NCBI GenBank assembly: GCA_964016885.1
Contig: OZ024741.1
Coordinates: 387,314,001-387,378,000, forward strand
Direction of reading: 5' to 3'
Length of the DNA: 64,000 bases
DNA from: Eledone cirrhosa
Taxonomy: Eukaryota
The notes beneath the pieces were generated by a model that ran no database searches, was not told where the DNA came from, and saw only the letters and a program-made list of their open reading frames with translations. The position numbers were made by a program, and so were the translations under genes. Below, piece by piece: positions 26,933 through 39,877 of this stretch. Every line of letters starts with the position of its first letter. Positions within the stretch are counted from its first letter, which is position 1.

Positions 26933-29609
26933 CTCTAAGCCTACCAATTTTACACCTGCCATCCTTAATTTGCGTTTGACGTATGATTAATGGTGTGTAC
27001 TAACAAGAATGAAACACTACCCTCTCTCTCACACACATACACACAAACAAAATATAGATTTGTGTTTAAATTTACACCTGTTCCTGTATTTTTGTCCTCC
27101 AACAATTACTACCATGGCAATTTGTTTTTATAACAGTCTATTTTGTTACAACAAACATTGTAAAATGTGACAAGTCTGGTTTTGGTTCCTAGTTGAATCT
27201 AATTCACTTCATTTACTTTAGTGCTGTCTTTCAGAAAGTTGTCAACACCACATCACATTGTTTCATTCTTCTTATATCTTGCTCCTTGTGGTGGCAACTT
27301 TTATTGTCGTTGTAAGAAACATTTCATCAATTAAAGATGTAGTTGATGGGAGGATTTTAGAATATTCTATAAAAAAAAAAATGTTGATATCTTATTAATA
27401 TATTAACATAATAATATTTTGTTAGTTTTACGTCTTAAAATTCTGTGCATGACTTTCATATTTTCATTAATTATTAAAATACTTTGATATCATTATTGAT
27501 TTCCTGGTGGGTGTGAATTTGATTGGGGTGGGGGGGGGTCAATAACTATAGAGTTTAGTTTATCTGCAGCGTATGCTATAAGCTGATTCTTACTGCTGAG
27601 AACAGCTAATTTATTTCTTATATTGTAAATATAATTTCTGTGGAGAAACCCTTCTCCTTCTTTGTGTAACTGATGCCTGCTCCTCTTTAATAATTTTCGA
27701 AAATCTATAGTGTGTTGATAATTGCTAACCACAGTCCATGAATTCAGTACGTCTCGTATATATATGTGTGGAAAAGCTTTACCTCATGACTGAGAACAAT
27801 TGAGCAGTAGTAAAAGTGTTGCATTTCACCCTTACTATATTTAATAGATATAAAAGTATGACACTATGAGCTGCTTTTCTTTGTAACAACTAGTGTAAGA
27901 GAATGTGTTTATACCAACAATCCGTAGAGTTGTTTTCCTGAACTTGTCTAGCTTGTAATGTGTTTGTTTAAGGCAATAGAGATGTTGGGAGATTTTGTAC
28001 ACCTTGATACTTACAGATACTAACCAACAAACATTTTATTATATTCTTTTGGTTCAGACTTTAAATCTCATATGTTTTGGGAGCATTAATTCATTAGTTT
28101 AAATAATTGTGTAAGTATTTATCCAAGTATAAACACACATATGACAATAAAATAAACTATCTTCTTACTCTACGTATTCCATTTATTCTACCATTTAAGT
28201 ATATTTCATTTGATTTTTTTTTCTTTTTAATAAAATAAACCCTTAAATCAATGTATGGCTGTCTTTAGCTTGCACAACCAATTTGCTTTGGGCAAAACTA
28301 AATTTGTTTGATAATGCATAAAAAACAAACCAATTGAAAAACATGTGGGTGTATGTGTCTGTTTGCAATGGCATGGGCATCGAAAGCTCTTGGTGAAGAC
28401 ATGGTACATTTGAATAAGCCATAGAGGATTGTGAGTGATGATTGTAGTAGTAGTAGTAGTAGTAGTAGTAATAGTAGTAATAGTATACTTATGTTTTAAC
28501 ACTCCTGTTTGAGTTAAAATATCACTTTATCTTTTAAGAGCTTTTACTATCTCTATTTTGGTTGTGCATTCTTTCTAATTACTAATTCTTGGTCACTTGC
28601 TCATGAGAATGATTGCTAATTCATTGATCAAATGGATGAATAATGTAATAAAATTGAAATCATTGAGATTTCTTGAATTTGATTTTCCAATTGTGAACAA
28701 TAAATATAAGTTTATATTTGTATATATGCACTTCAGAGGTAATTGAGACTCTAAATGTATATATAAATGTACACAATTGAGTGTATAAACATGTAAACAT
28801 AGTAATATATGAGGATTCATAAATCCTGACAAACAACCTCTGTTGGTGCTGGTGGCATGAAGAATGCACTCAGTCCATGCTGTAAAGTGTTTGGTGACAG
28901 AAGGGCACCTAGCCAGTAAAACAGCCAAATTTTGAAAAGCACAACCTACCATGCTGTATTGGAAAAGACCTGTGCAACCCATGCAAGCATGTAAAAGTGG
29001 ACATAAAACAATGATGATGATGATTTCATTGTATCAGATAGGTTAGTTTGGTAAAATCAATAAGGCATTAAACTGGAATTTTTTCCTTTTTTTTTTATCA
29101 AGTTTATCGTTGCTAATTTTGGTTGACCACACCTGGCTAGAGAGAGAGTAAAATTAGAGGAATGATTGTGCATCTAAATTAATCCTATGAAGATACTATT
29201 GTATAATTAGTTTTTTTCTCTTTCTTAAGATACAATTACTGTTTCTCCCATCACTACTTCGACATGTACAAGACAATCTATGCTTTGGCTGATGATGTCA
29301 TATGACAAAAACACAAAATATAAGTCGGTTATCAATTTTCTTTTTTCTTCACTACATAATAATTCCTAGTTATCTTTTTAATACTCCATGCATTAAACAT
29401 GCTAACACAAACTAATATATTCATATTATCAAATCTTTGATCTCCCTGACAGAAAAGAATTAACCAATATTTCCTATCAATAATCTGTCCGAGAGCTGAT
29501 ACTAATACTTCTTATGGAACATCCCTTTGTGAACATGGCTCTGTCAATAATGCTTGTCTCTGTTTATCCAGAGCTGCATGGTTTGACTATTATGAGGCTA
29601 TTTGCCTCA

Positions 29610-29830
29610 CGCTTTTGAAACCAAACCGGTCAAACAGGCTCTGGTTCTATGAAACAAAGCCACCCATTTTAAAGGGTTCCTATTTAAATTAAAAACCTTC
29701 CAACATAATTTTGTATGAAAACCTTTTAAGTTATATTAAAATGAAATAAGTAATCATTTTAGTAAATCCCTCCAAATTCTAAATTCAAATACTGTGTGTT
29801 TCATTAGAAATATGATAATGAAAGGGTTAA
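29610..29830. mobile_element. old piggyBac-type MITE, family 3 (degenerate)
   Basis: Ends AAAGGG|TTAA; internal similarity to 37790-37895, 53445-53850, 54050-54276 and 63232-63665. Confidence 0.5.
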
Positions 29831-31479
29831 GCATTGAGTGGTGGTAGATTTTATCTGGCCTTATGGTACTTTTAGAAGTGTCTACTTTGTTGCAAACATT
29901 TGGGTTAAGTCAGGTCTGAGGAACGCTCTTGCCTTGGGTCAAGCCATTAAAAATAAGACAATAAGATGGTGAGCTCTTTAGCTTATAAAATACAAGGTGG
30001 AATATTCAGGGCTGTAATTGATACACATGGTTTTATTGTTTAAGATACAAGACTAACTATATATATTAGTGTGTATTGGGCTTCTTAAAGTTTGTCAGGC
30101 AACACATTTGCAGTTATTAGAACATCAGATAGAATGCTTTGTGGTATTTGGTCCAGATCTCTGTTCTTTGAGTTCAAATCCAGCCAAGGTCAATTTTGCT
30201 TTTTATCTTTTTGAGGTCGATAAATAAAAGAACCAGTCTAGTACTGGGGTCAATTCTTCCTCTATATCTCTTCCTCACGTTCCTTATCTCACTCTCTATC
30301 TTTCTCTGGAAGAAATATGCTGCACTCAGGCCTGGAGAGGAATGGTCTCTTCCAGACTTAAACATGCCCAGGAAACTGTATTTCAATACAGTGCTCCTAC
30401 AACTCCATCATGAGTTACGGGACCATACCATACCAAAACTTTTGTCAAACTAATGTATTTTTTATATGAAGCAATGTTTTACTTTAAAGAATTAGATGAC
30501 CAGTTGTGTAATAATGAAGTTGTGTATGAAAGCTATGCAAGAGATAGAAGTGTTTTCATGTTTTTACTTTGGTGAAGATAGTTCTGTAACTTTGGGTGGG
30601 CAGCTGTGGCAGAGATTACTATTGGCTGTTGATAGCAGATCTCTGGTGAGCTTCTGAAAATTTCTATCTAAACCTGTCTGCTTTATAAAGTTTGCCTGCA
30701 ATGATTTAAACCTTTGTCCTCCCCGCCCTCTATTGGTTTTAGATAGTCCTGTCACCACATCAGCCTTTGTCCAATGGTGAGTATGGTTAAAATATATCAT
30801 CTTCATTCAAAAGATGGTGGCAGCTGGCTTTCTTAACATTGTCTTCATTGACTGGTCATTGCTTTTCTATTTACTGTTGTCAATTTTATTCCTTTGCACA
30901 ATTTCTGTTTTATTGTTCTTGAATTGGTTTTATTTTTGTTACATGCTGTATTTGTTCTTGTCTCTTCTATTGGATATGAGTACCTGAAGTTTCTCTCTCT
31001 CATCTATCTCCCCCTCTCTGAGCACATTCCTTCTTTCTTCATTTTTTTTTAAACATTTCATTATAGTGGGAGAGAAAATAAATTCAATCATATAAAAAAT
31101 TCCATTTTGACTCATGTACTTATGTTTGTTTATACCTAATGTATATAACCCCTGAAACCTCTTCTCTGTAGAGCTGGTCTAGTTTACTGTTGTACCATTG
31201 TATCATATCATATATTGCCACCATTCATTCTGCCATTTGCACAATTAAGATGCAAAATAATTTCTTTTGCATCATCTTTTCTACAAAATATGAGAAGTAT
31301 AGTGAGAGAGATAGTGATGTTAAACTTCCTTTCTTAGATCACTCTCGCTATTCTTAAAATGCTGTGGCTTTCATTTCCCTAGTGAACTCTTCAACTCCAG
31401 CCTATAGTTTGCTACTTTAGCAGTCCTGCAGCTGGCTATCTTTATACTCTTCTCCAAATATTTCTGAATTATATTTTCT

Positions 31480-31544
<65 letters not shown>

Positions 31545-31712
31545 TGGGCCTCCTTTGATTCCTTTGTTTCTCTGTAATTAGTGGGGTTATTAGTGATCTG
31601 AATATATATATATATTTTGTGTCTTTCTGTCTGTTGGAAATCTGGGTTATCTTGCAAATTGTTTTCCCTAGCAATCATGTCTGATTGGTTTGTATGCCAT
31701 ATATCCTTTCAG

Positions 31713-31831
31713 CCACAATTGCACCCATCAACCCGGGCAGCATTCCCAGTGTTGTTAACCCTGTCTCAAATGCCAATGCCAACCGCACCTCAATTGGAGG
31801 AGGAATCAGCCCAGCCAGCTTTAGTTCACAG
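31713..31831 (+). CDS. penultimate coding exon of host gene (xTIAPINPGSIPSVVNPVSNANANRTSIGGGISPASFSSQ)
   Basis: Acceptor TCCTTTCAG, donor CAG|GTGGGT; 119 nt, phase 1 to 0, in frame with 38629. Confidence 0.7.
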
Positions 31832-32094
31832 GTGGGTCTGCTCCTACTGACCTCTCACCCACACACAGTTACATACACACCACTCCACTCATAATAATAA
31901 TAATAATCAGTAGCAGCAGCCTATATTTTTTTTCAATTCTGGCTCTAACCAGTTTGTTTGTTTGTTTATCTATTTTTAGAAAATTTAACCATTGCTCTGA
32001 ATGTTTTCTAATCAAGAAATTAACCTATTTGAGATTTATGTCTTAACATTAGATGTTAGTGTTTCTGTGAGCTGATATCATTTAAAAGGGAAGG

Positions 32095-32300
32095 TCATGG
32101 GGTTAGAATGTCTCAGGAAAGAATCGCTGGACGGATTTTATGGGCAAAATCAACCGGCAGGAGATCCAGCTTGGCTGGTCTCATTTGGGGATCCAGCTGG
32201 ATCAATTTGAGATGGTTGTTTCTGACAGGATCCAGTGGAAGAAGTGTTGAGGACTCTGTCCCCACGACCCTCTCAGGAATAAATGGGCAAAGAAGGGTGT
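32095..32300 (+). mobile_element. 3' fragment of an Expander/Rex3-like RTE
   Basis: Matches 58170-58340 and 63790-64000. Confidence 0.65.
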
Positions 32301-33117
32301 AATGAATTACCCATCACTTTGCAGTCATAAGTTTCAGGTTCAATCCCATAGCATCATACTTTAAAAGAATTATCTTACCCTAGCCTCAGATTGAGCAATG
32401 TCTTGTGAGTGAATATGTATGGTGTTGAGAAGGGCATCAAGCTATAGAAAGCTTGCCAAACATGGGACTAGGAGGATCCTTCAGTTTGTGTCAAAAGACA
32501 CAATCACTTTTTCTGCACTCAAAATGACTGTACATAAGCAGGATACAAACTTCCTTGGACATCAGTGACCCTGCTTCAGTACTGACTTGGTCTATAGACC
32601 TGTCCAACCTTTTTTGAAAAAAAAAAAAAAAAAGCAGACGTTAAGTGGCAAGGAAATGACATTAAATCAATAATTAATGCATTGATCATGTATACTTTAT
32701 GGTGTCTGTTATGGTTCAGTTGAACAGAAAAGACATACCCTTGCCACTTTTGCCATCATGAATCAGTGAATGCCCTGTTATATACCAATGATACTAATCA
32801 TAAATGTACACTATAAAAATAAGTGCATGTTTGTATATGCTCTTTCACTACTAGATGACTGTTACATATTATCATCTCATTTCCTGAAGTTGGTATAGTT
32901 TCATGGGGCTTCAAAATCATTTCTATTTAAAACAAAAATTTAAAAAAGTTCCCTCTTTAGTATTATTGTTTAGTAATCTTAAATCTTAATAATATTTGCA
33001 CCATTAATTCAATAATTATAGATTTACAGGTTCATGCCATTCCATGAATGAGATTTATTCATGTAGGAGCTGTGGGAGACTTTGTAACTCTTTTGCAATC
33101 TTTGTTTCATTATTAAA

Positions 33118-33300
33118 TTTTGGCAGTATCAGTAGAGGGTCGGACGCCATGCTTTGACGTATAGAGTTACAGCCCTTGCCATTCTGAGTTCAAATCCTGC
33201 CGAGGTTAACTTTGCCTTTCATCCTTATGGGGTCGATAAAATAAAGTACTAGTAATGCACTAGGTAATTGCTGGCCTTGTGCCAAAAGTAGAAACAGTTA
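33118..33300 (+). mobile_element. abundant SINE, family C
   Basis: TTCTGAGTTCAAATCC..GAGGT.AACTTTGCCTTTCATCCTT..GGGGTCGATAAAATAAAGTAC; relatives at 23690-23820, 24520-24675(-), 30100-30260, 43158-43350, 58400-58550, 61405-61530, 63040-63150(-). Confidence 0.8.
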
Positions 33301-33903
33301 TATTTAGTTCTATCCCTCTACATTTGGGTTTAAAACAGAGACTGAGAGTTATTTTATCTTTACCTTTCCTCTTTTCAGAGTCCATAAAGTAAGCAACCAA
33401 TAAAACATAGGAGTTACTCTAGCTATATCCCTATTTCTTACAAAATTCTGGTTATAAACCTTAGTAATAATATAGTAATATTTAACTTCCTTGTCTTAGT
33501 ATCTGCAAAGGACTTATGAATGAAGTATTATGGAAGGCAGTAGGTATTCTAAAGTCCTGCTTGTGTTTTTCTCCTAAATTGTTGTTGGTAATGAGTCTAG
33601 TTTGTTTCACAGTTTGTTTAGGATTTTAAATAGTTTCTCATTAATTTGGCTCCTGAAGAATTCTACAGAAATTTGCATGTATAGCTGCACACATGCATGC
33701 TTACATAAACATATATATATATACATGTGCATGTAAACATATTCACATGGGGACCTGTAAATGATACACTTGCACACCCCAATGGTTACATGTAAAAACT
33801 GTAATCATCCCCTCACATGAAACACTAACATAGAGCAATATTTCATACATGCCCTTCATATCATGTTCTTTCATCTTCATGTTAAGATATTATGTTTTAT
33901 TTT

Positions 33904-33941
<38 letters not shown>

Positions 33942-34604
33942 CTTCTTTTCCAAATTTGGTATATTGAAAAATATAAATCAATTTTTCTGTTATTCATCTT
34001 GTAGGTAAAAGACTCTTGCTGGTTAAACACACACACACATACACACGCACACACACTTTCCAAAGAAAATCTTTGCTGTAGGTGAAGGTGATATACACAG
34101 CTTATAAAATATATGGAGTTTAGTAAACTACAATAAATATGTAATGATGGATATCTTATGTGACCACCACACACAATTGATCATAGGATTTTCTCTATTT
34201 CCTGCATTAATTTTTCTTTAATCTGTGATAACACTTGCTCTCTCACTATTTACACCCAAAAGCCCAAGCATAGTAAAACAGCTGACAAAATAGATCAGGT
34301 TTTCTGTATTTAGCAGGACATGGCTAGTGACTGATGTACATTGACTAAAATACAAGAAATGTGGAGAACAACTTTGTTTTCACCTCGGACAATCATCAGT
34401 GACAAATGCCTAACCCCAGACAAAGTAGTGTGTATGTGTGTGTGTGTAAGTAATCACCATCATCATCCAGCTTTTGATTATGCAGGACACAATCCCTAAG
34501 TAGAAGTGAGTCTTGCCTGACAGCACCCCTTAGTGTCCCACTCCATGTGTTTTTGTCTGCTGGTCCCACTCAGGCCAGGCCAGAAACAGACCCCCCCCCT
34601 CCCA

Positions 34605-34802
34605 TAAAGTTAAAAAAATCTGTGGATAAATTCCTTCAAGAAATCCCGGATAAACCTCCTACACCCAGATATATCTGCATAAACAATAACTCTCTACTTG
34701 AGTGGGCCATGGTGTCAAAATCCAGATTTGAAAGACTCTGCCAGGTGGTGCTATTAAGTTAGACATGGCCTGGGTCAATACTGGTCGAAACCTGTTAAAG
34801 TT
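34605..34802 (+). mobile_element. CR1-like LINE 3' end
   Basis: KKSVDKFLQEIPDKPPTPRY..NNSLLEW, then a short UTR with a terminal stem-loop. Confidence 0.6.
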
Positions 34803-35091
34803 ATATGTATATATGTGTTTATGTATATATAGGAGGAATTTGTAGTTTTCTTGAAGCATTGTGTATGGTATAAAAGTTTGAAGTTTGAAAGCCGTTAATT
34901 CACACTGGCACTCAAGCGAATGTCACACCTAAATGGTCTTGTAACCAAGACCATAGGGTAATTAATATCATGCTGCATGTGGTAAGTAATATATCTTGTG
35001 ATGACTATGCAGTTTTGTAAAATGTAAACAAAGATATACGGACTTTTTGTGCATTCGAAAAGATGGACTTGTTGAGGTATTTATTTATAAA

Positions 35092-35144
35092 ATGATTGAT
35101 TCCGATGAGTCCCAAGAGGATGAAACAACCGTAAATCAAATCAT
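35092..35144 (+). ncRNA. type I hammerhead ribozyme with U4C core substitution
   Basis: AUGAUU-GAUU-CCGAUGA-GUCC-caaga-GGAU-GAAAC-aacc-GUA-AAUC-A-AAUCAU; all three stems pair. Confidence 0.7.
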
Positions 35145-35959
35145 GGTGTAAATAAGTGTTTAGTAACATATTTTAATGGATATATATCCATTATATATAT
35201 ATATGTGTGTGTGTTTATATATGTATGTATGTATGTGTGTGTTTATATATATATATATATGTATGTATGTGTGTGTTTATATATGTATGTATGTGTGTGT
35301 TTATATATATGTATATATATACATAGGCAGCAAATTGGCAGTTGATAGAATTCTTTATAGTATTTGTTCAGGCTCGTTGGCCACGTTGAGGCCCAATTCT
35401 TTGCCTGATACACTGGCCCCACCCCTGAACTATACGGTCGTTATATTGATGACTATCAGTGCCACCACACTCACATGAGAACAGCTCGACTCCTTTCTCT
35501 CTTTCCTCTGTTCCTTCCATCCATCCCTCGACTTCACCACCTCCATCTCCACCACTTCTGTTCACTTCATCTCTGTCACCATTGACCCCTCCCACTGTTC
35601 ATTCATCACCTCCGCCTTCTTTAAACTCACTGACTCCCACTCCTACCTCGGCTTTACCTCTTCCCACCCTACCCACACCAAACACTCCGAATCCACCGTC
35701 TTTGCATCCAAAATGACGACTTTGGAACCCAGGCCCTTTATATCTAGCTCACCATTTCACTTGGAGAGGTTACTCCTTCCCTTGTTCACGTCGCCCATGT
35801 CCTTGCTCCCACCCACCGTCTCCCTTTCCCCTTCACCTGCCACCCTACTCCTCCAATGGACCATCCTACGACTCCTCCGATGCTTCCAGTCAAACCCCTC
35901 CATCAAGCACGCATGCAACCTCCACAACTTCCTCGTCTGAAGCTCTCTACCTCCTACTC

Positions 35960-36345
35960 CTCTCTTGGATCCTTCCCCTGCCCTCACATCACCAACACCA
36001 CTACTTTCCAGAGGCCTAATGGCCACACCCATGTCTGGCACTTATTTCGCTGCACCTCCTCCAGTCTTGTCTATGGACTCTGCTGCACAGAATGCAAAGT
36101 GACCTATGTTGGACAGACAGGAATACATTTGGCCAACCAATTCACCGAACACCTTCTCAATTATCCACCTCAGCTCCCTTTCCCCAATCACCTGGCACTT
36201 CTGCTCCACTGGTCATTCCACCTGCAATGTGTCCAACTGCAGCCTGAATGCGTGCTCCCGAACCCTGGTTTCACGACTGAGGGTCGAGCAACACACCATT
36301 TTCCGGCTTCAGACCTGGATCGCCACAGGTTTGAACTCCACACCC
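35960..36345 (+). pseudogene. GIY-YIG endonuclease remnant
   Basis: SFPCPHI..FRCTSSSLVYGLCCTECKVTYVGQTG..FTEHL; second frame HFCSTGH..EQHTIFRLQT..GLN. Confidence 0.82.
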
Positions 36346-37503
36346 ATCTTCCTATAGCCCCCACCCCCCACACACACACACAGAAACTACCAATCCACTA
36401 ATTGACCACTACCTCTTCTCTTCACCACCACCACCTACTCACTTAATAATGTACACATACACCCCCTGCCCTCACCTCACCATCTACCCACTGACCCACC
36501 TCTTCCACAACACAGGAACCTCCCTGCACCTCACCCCACTCTCACCTTTCTCACTTCTCCCTTCAATACCGCCTACTAATGCCACTAACCTCTACAACAT
36601 CCACCCACACCTTGCCAGCTCACAAACACAATTAACCTCCCCCACCCCAAATTTATGCACCCTCTCCTTCACACCCTCTCTGCCTCACTCCACCCCGACA
36701 CTCTCTAATCCACCAACTGAACCCACCCACGTCTCCTACCACGCACTTGGTTAAGTCCATTTCATTCGTATACTAACACGCACTTATACCCTGAAACACG
36801 CGCACACACACATACACCCAGTATATATGCATACATACGCATATGTATATATCTAAACAGCGAGAAAGTGTCTGTCCTACACATACAAACATATAGACAC
36901 GCAACACATATAGAAGCCACAATTACCTCTCTCACACTCTCTACCTTCACTGACCATTCCTTCCAGTTACATGTGCCACCCTTCTATTTCACTTCTTCTT
37001 TCCATGTTCTCCACCATAAACCTTGGATCTGGCCACATGTTCTTCTCCTGTCCATCGACAGACGTCCGGACCCCGACTACACCCACATACACACCAGCAC
37101 CCATTCAGGAACATAGACATGAACAGACATGTACATCATTCCCACACACCAATGCACTAACCCACAACACCCATATACATACCACTCATGTGTCTGTACT
37201 TACTATTTAACAAATGTTCACACATACTCGCTTCTTTTCTGGCACACATTTACATCCACACGTACACACACACTTTACCCTCTGATGTCTCTTCCTAGAC
37301 TCTGAGTATTTTTGCAGCCCCCTTCTACCCTCTCCACCTTCTTCCCTTCAACCCACCCCCACACTCCACCCGGGTCCTATACCTCTCTATCCCTTTTATT
37401 TTTATTTTTGTTTTTATCATATTTTATTTTTTACTTTTGTAACTTCCCTCTTTAAAACCCTCCTTACACCATCTCAAAGTTCCTGTTTTCCCTCTATCTG
37501 AAC

Positions 37504-37539
37504 TTTCCTAATGAAGGACTTCTGTCCGAAATGTTGAAA
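37504..37539 (+). ncRNA. decayed minimal hammerhead ribozyme at the Penelope-like 3' end
   Basis: UUUC-CUAAUGA-A-GGAC-uucu-GUCC-GAAAU-GUU-GAAA; G5A and C15.2U substitutions, stems I and II intact. Confidence 0.7.
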
Positions 37540-38628
37540 CCTCCTCCATTTCCACCAAGCATGAGCCTAATATAACTGTGTACAATTGCCTCCTTTGTTT
37601 TGTTTGTTCATTTTCAACTAATATATGTCATAGAATGCCAGTCTCTCGTAAGCTTTCAGCTATAGATAGATTTCAAACCAGCACTAATTTTTTAGGCGAT
37701 GAATTGGCAATCATTAGAGCATAGAAGAAAATGCTTTATTAAAATTATTTCATTACTAAGATAGTAATTTAATATATAGCTCTTATATAAAATTATATTG
37801 GAAGATTTATATTTATATGGGAACCCTTTAAAATGGATGGTTTTGTGTCATAGGACCAGAGCCAGTTTTGGCCAGGCTGGAAAGGAAATGGTTAAATGGA
37901 TAAATCTCAGGTTTCATGATTATCTAAGGAAGAAATTATCTACTTTTAAAGTCTTATTTCTGTATAATTGCATTTAAATTTCTGAAGTACATTTTTGTCT
38001 TTGGTACAATACAAATATTGACCAAGATATCCTAATTTCTTCCACAAGCAGAAAACAGAAGTTAAAATAATGAGGGAATATTCTTTATCATTCTGTCTCG
38101 TTTGTTTCTCATACAAACACATATAAAACCATATAACTTATTAATGTACAGAATTAAGCCTTAATCAATTTTGTCGAGCACAATTTGAACTAGCTACAGT
38201 TTTCTAAAAAGGAATAGTTAAAGAATTAACAGTTAAAATTTCCAATAAATTTTTAAAGAAGGCATATGGGCTAGTGGTTAGATCATGGCTTTGAATATTG
38301 GACTATTATATTCTTGAGCCAAATACTATATTTCACATTGCTCCTTCTGTGAGGAGATAGTATGAGACCAGCAGATAGTATCAGCAATTGAAAGACCAAC
38401 AAGTACATTGTTTCCTTGGTCCAATCTGATGATCAGCTCCTTTCCTTTTCCTTTATTTTTAAAAAGAATTTAGATGTTTTTTTTTATTTCTTTATATTTT
38501 CTTTTCATAATTTAAGAAAATGTTTCATGTTTTTATTTTTAGGTATTCTCGTTAATGTCATTTCTAGGATTGTAATTTCTAACCATTTTTTTCTTTTTTA
38601 CATTTTCTTTCTCTTTCTTTTTTCATAG

Positions 38629-38751
38629 AATGTCATCACAGGAGGGACAAGTCATTATCCTGTTAGTAACCAGTTCATGATTGGTGACTATGTAATGCCT
38701 GGTAATGTCGTCACCCCTGCTAACAACTACCGCAAGTCCGAAGCTGTCTAG
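38629..38751 (+). CDS. terminal coding exon of host gene (NVITGGTSHYPVSNQFMIGDYVMPGNVVTPANNYRKSEAV*)
   Basis: Very strong pyrimidine tract + TAG acceptor; 40 codons then TAG; unique, UTR-like sequence follows. Confidence 0.75.
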   Translation, partial: NVITGGTSHYPVSNQFMIGDYVMPGNVVTPANNYRKSEAV

Positions 38752-39320
38752 TACTCTGCTCCATCTCCTTTTTGCCTCTTCCCTCCTCCTTCTCCTCTTC
38801 CAAAAAACACCTACTCCTTCTCTTTTCCTTTTTATATGGATTCAGACACTATAAGGATTTTGTGACATCCATTTTATTTTGTTCTCTCTTCAAACCACAA
38901 ACTGAAAAGACAAGGAAAAAAATACGAGATTAAAAAAACAAAGCAAAGTTTTTTCTCTCTCCTCACATCCCCGCCACCATTTTTTTTATTTATTTTTTTT
39001 TTATTATTTTTTTTTTTACTGCAGATGTAAATTAATATAGGTCTGCTGCAACAAATGGAAGTAGCAGCATATATATTTGGTTTTATTTCATTCTATCACA
39101 AATTTATGTAAAGGTACAGACAACAAAACACTCAATAATAGAGTTTGAGAAAAATCACTCATACACAGCAACCACACACACTCACTCTCTCACACACACA
39201 CATTCTCACTCACATATTTGGAATTAAGAAAGCTTTTTTTTTTTCCTTCCTTCTCTCTTCCAGAAATTTAGAAGTTTTATAAAATAGAAAACAACAAAGA
39301 AAAACTTAAAAATACCTCCC

Positions 39321-39331
39321 AATAAAATAAA
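39321..39331 (+). terminator. candidate polyadenylation signals (overlapping AATAAA)
   Basis: AATAAAATAAA ~570 nt after the stop; the AT-rich context makes this weak. Confidence 0.3.
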
Positions 39332-39440
39332 GCAAACAACTCTAGTGGATTGAAAGTATTTCTTTAATATATATAACAGTCAGAGGGCTTTTTAATAGAA
39401 AGATTAACAATGATATTTTAGATCTCATGCATCACACACA

Positions 39441-39505
<65 letters not shown>

Positions 39506-39839
39506 TTTTCCTATTTTAAGTTGTGATTTTTATTGTTTTTTTTTTATTATTTTTATTAATATTGATGTTATTTATAACTGGTAAAGACAATTGACACCTC
39601 CTCACTTCATGCAATGTCATCATTCTGGTACTTAAAAGACCCCCCCCCCCCAACTCTCCAAAAGAGACCTGTTTTAACAGCCCCCTCTATTTTCCTCTTT
39701 TTTTTTCTATAAGTCCTTGGTGTGTATGTGTGGTGGGGTTAGTTAGGAAGATAAAGATGTGTTATAAATGAGTGCAGTGATGTCACAACTTGAGATAGCA
39801 GTGTATTGAAATACCTGAACGTGTGTGTATGTATGTATG

Positions 39840-39877
<38 letters not shown>

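Larger units (their letters stand above)
35720..37625 (+). mobile_element. Penelope-like element (Neptune/Naiad-type), 5'-truncated and decayed
   Basis: GIY-YIG remnant, long CA-rich 3' region, terminal hammerhead. Confidence 0.82.

Noticed and set aside
27493-27732. 79-aa minus-strand ORF
   Set aside because: No recognisable domain or splice signals; possibly a decayed repeat
29288-29330. CTGATGA-T-GTC-atat-GAC-AAAAAC hammerhead-like string
   Set aside because: G12 is missing and no stem I or III pairing was found; at best a fossil
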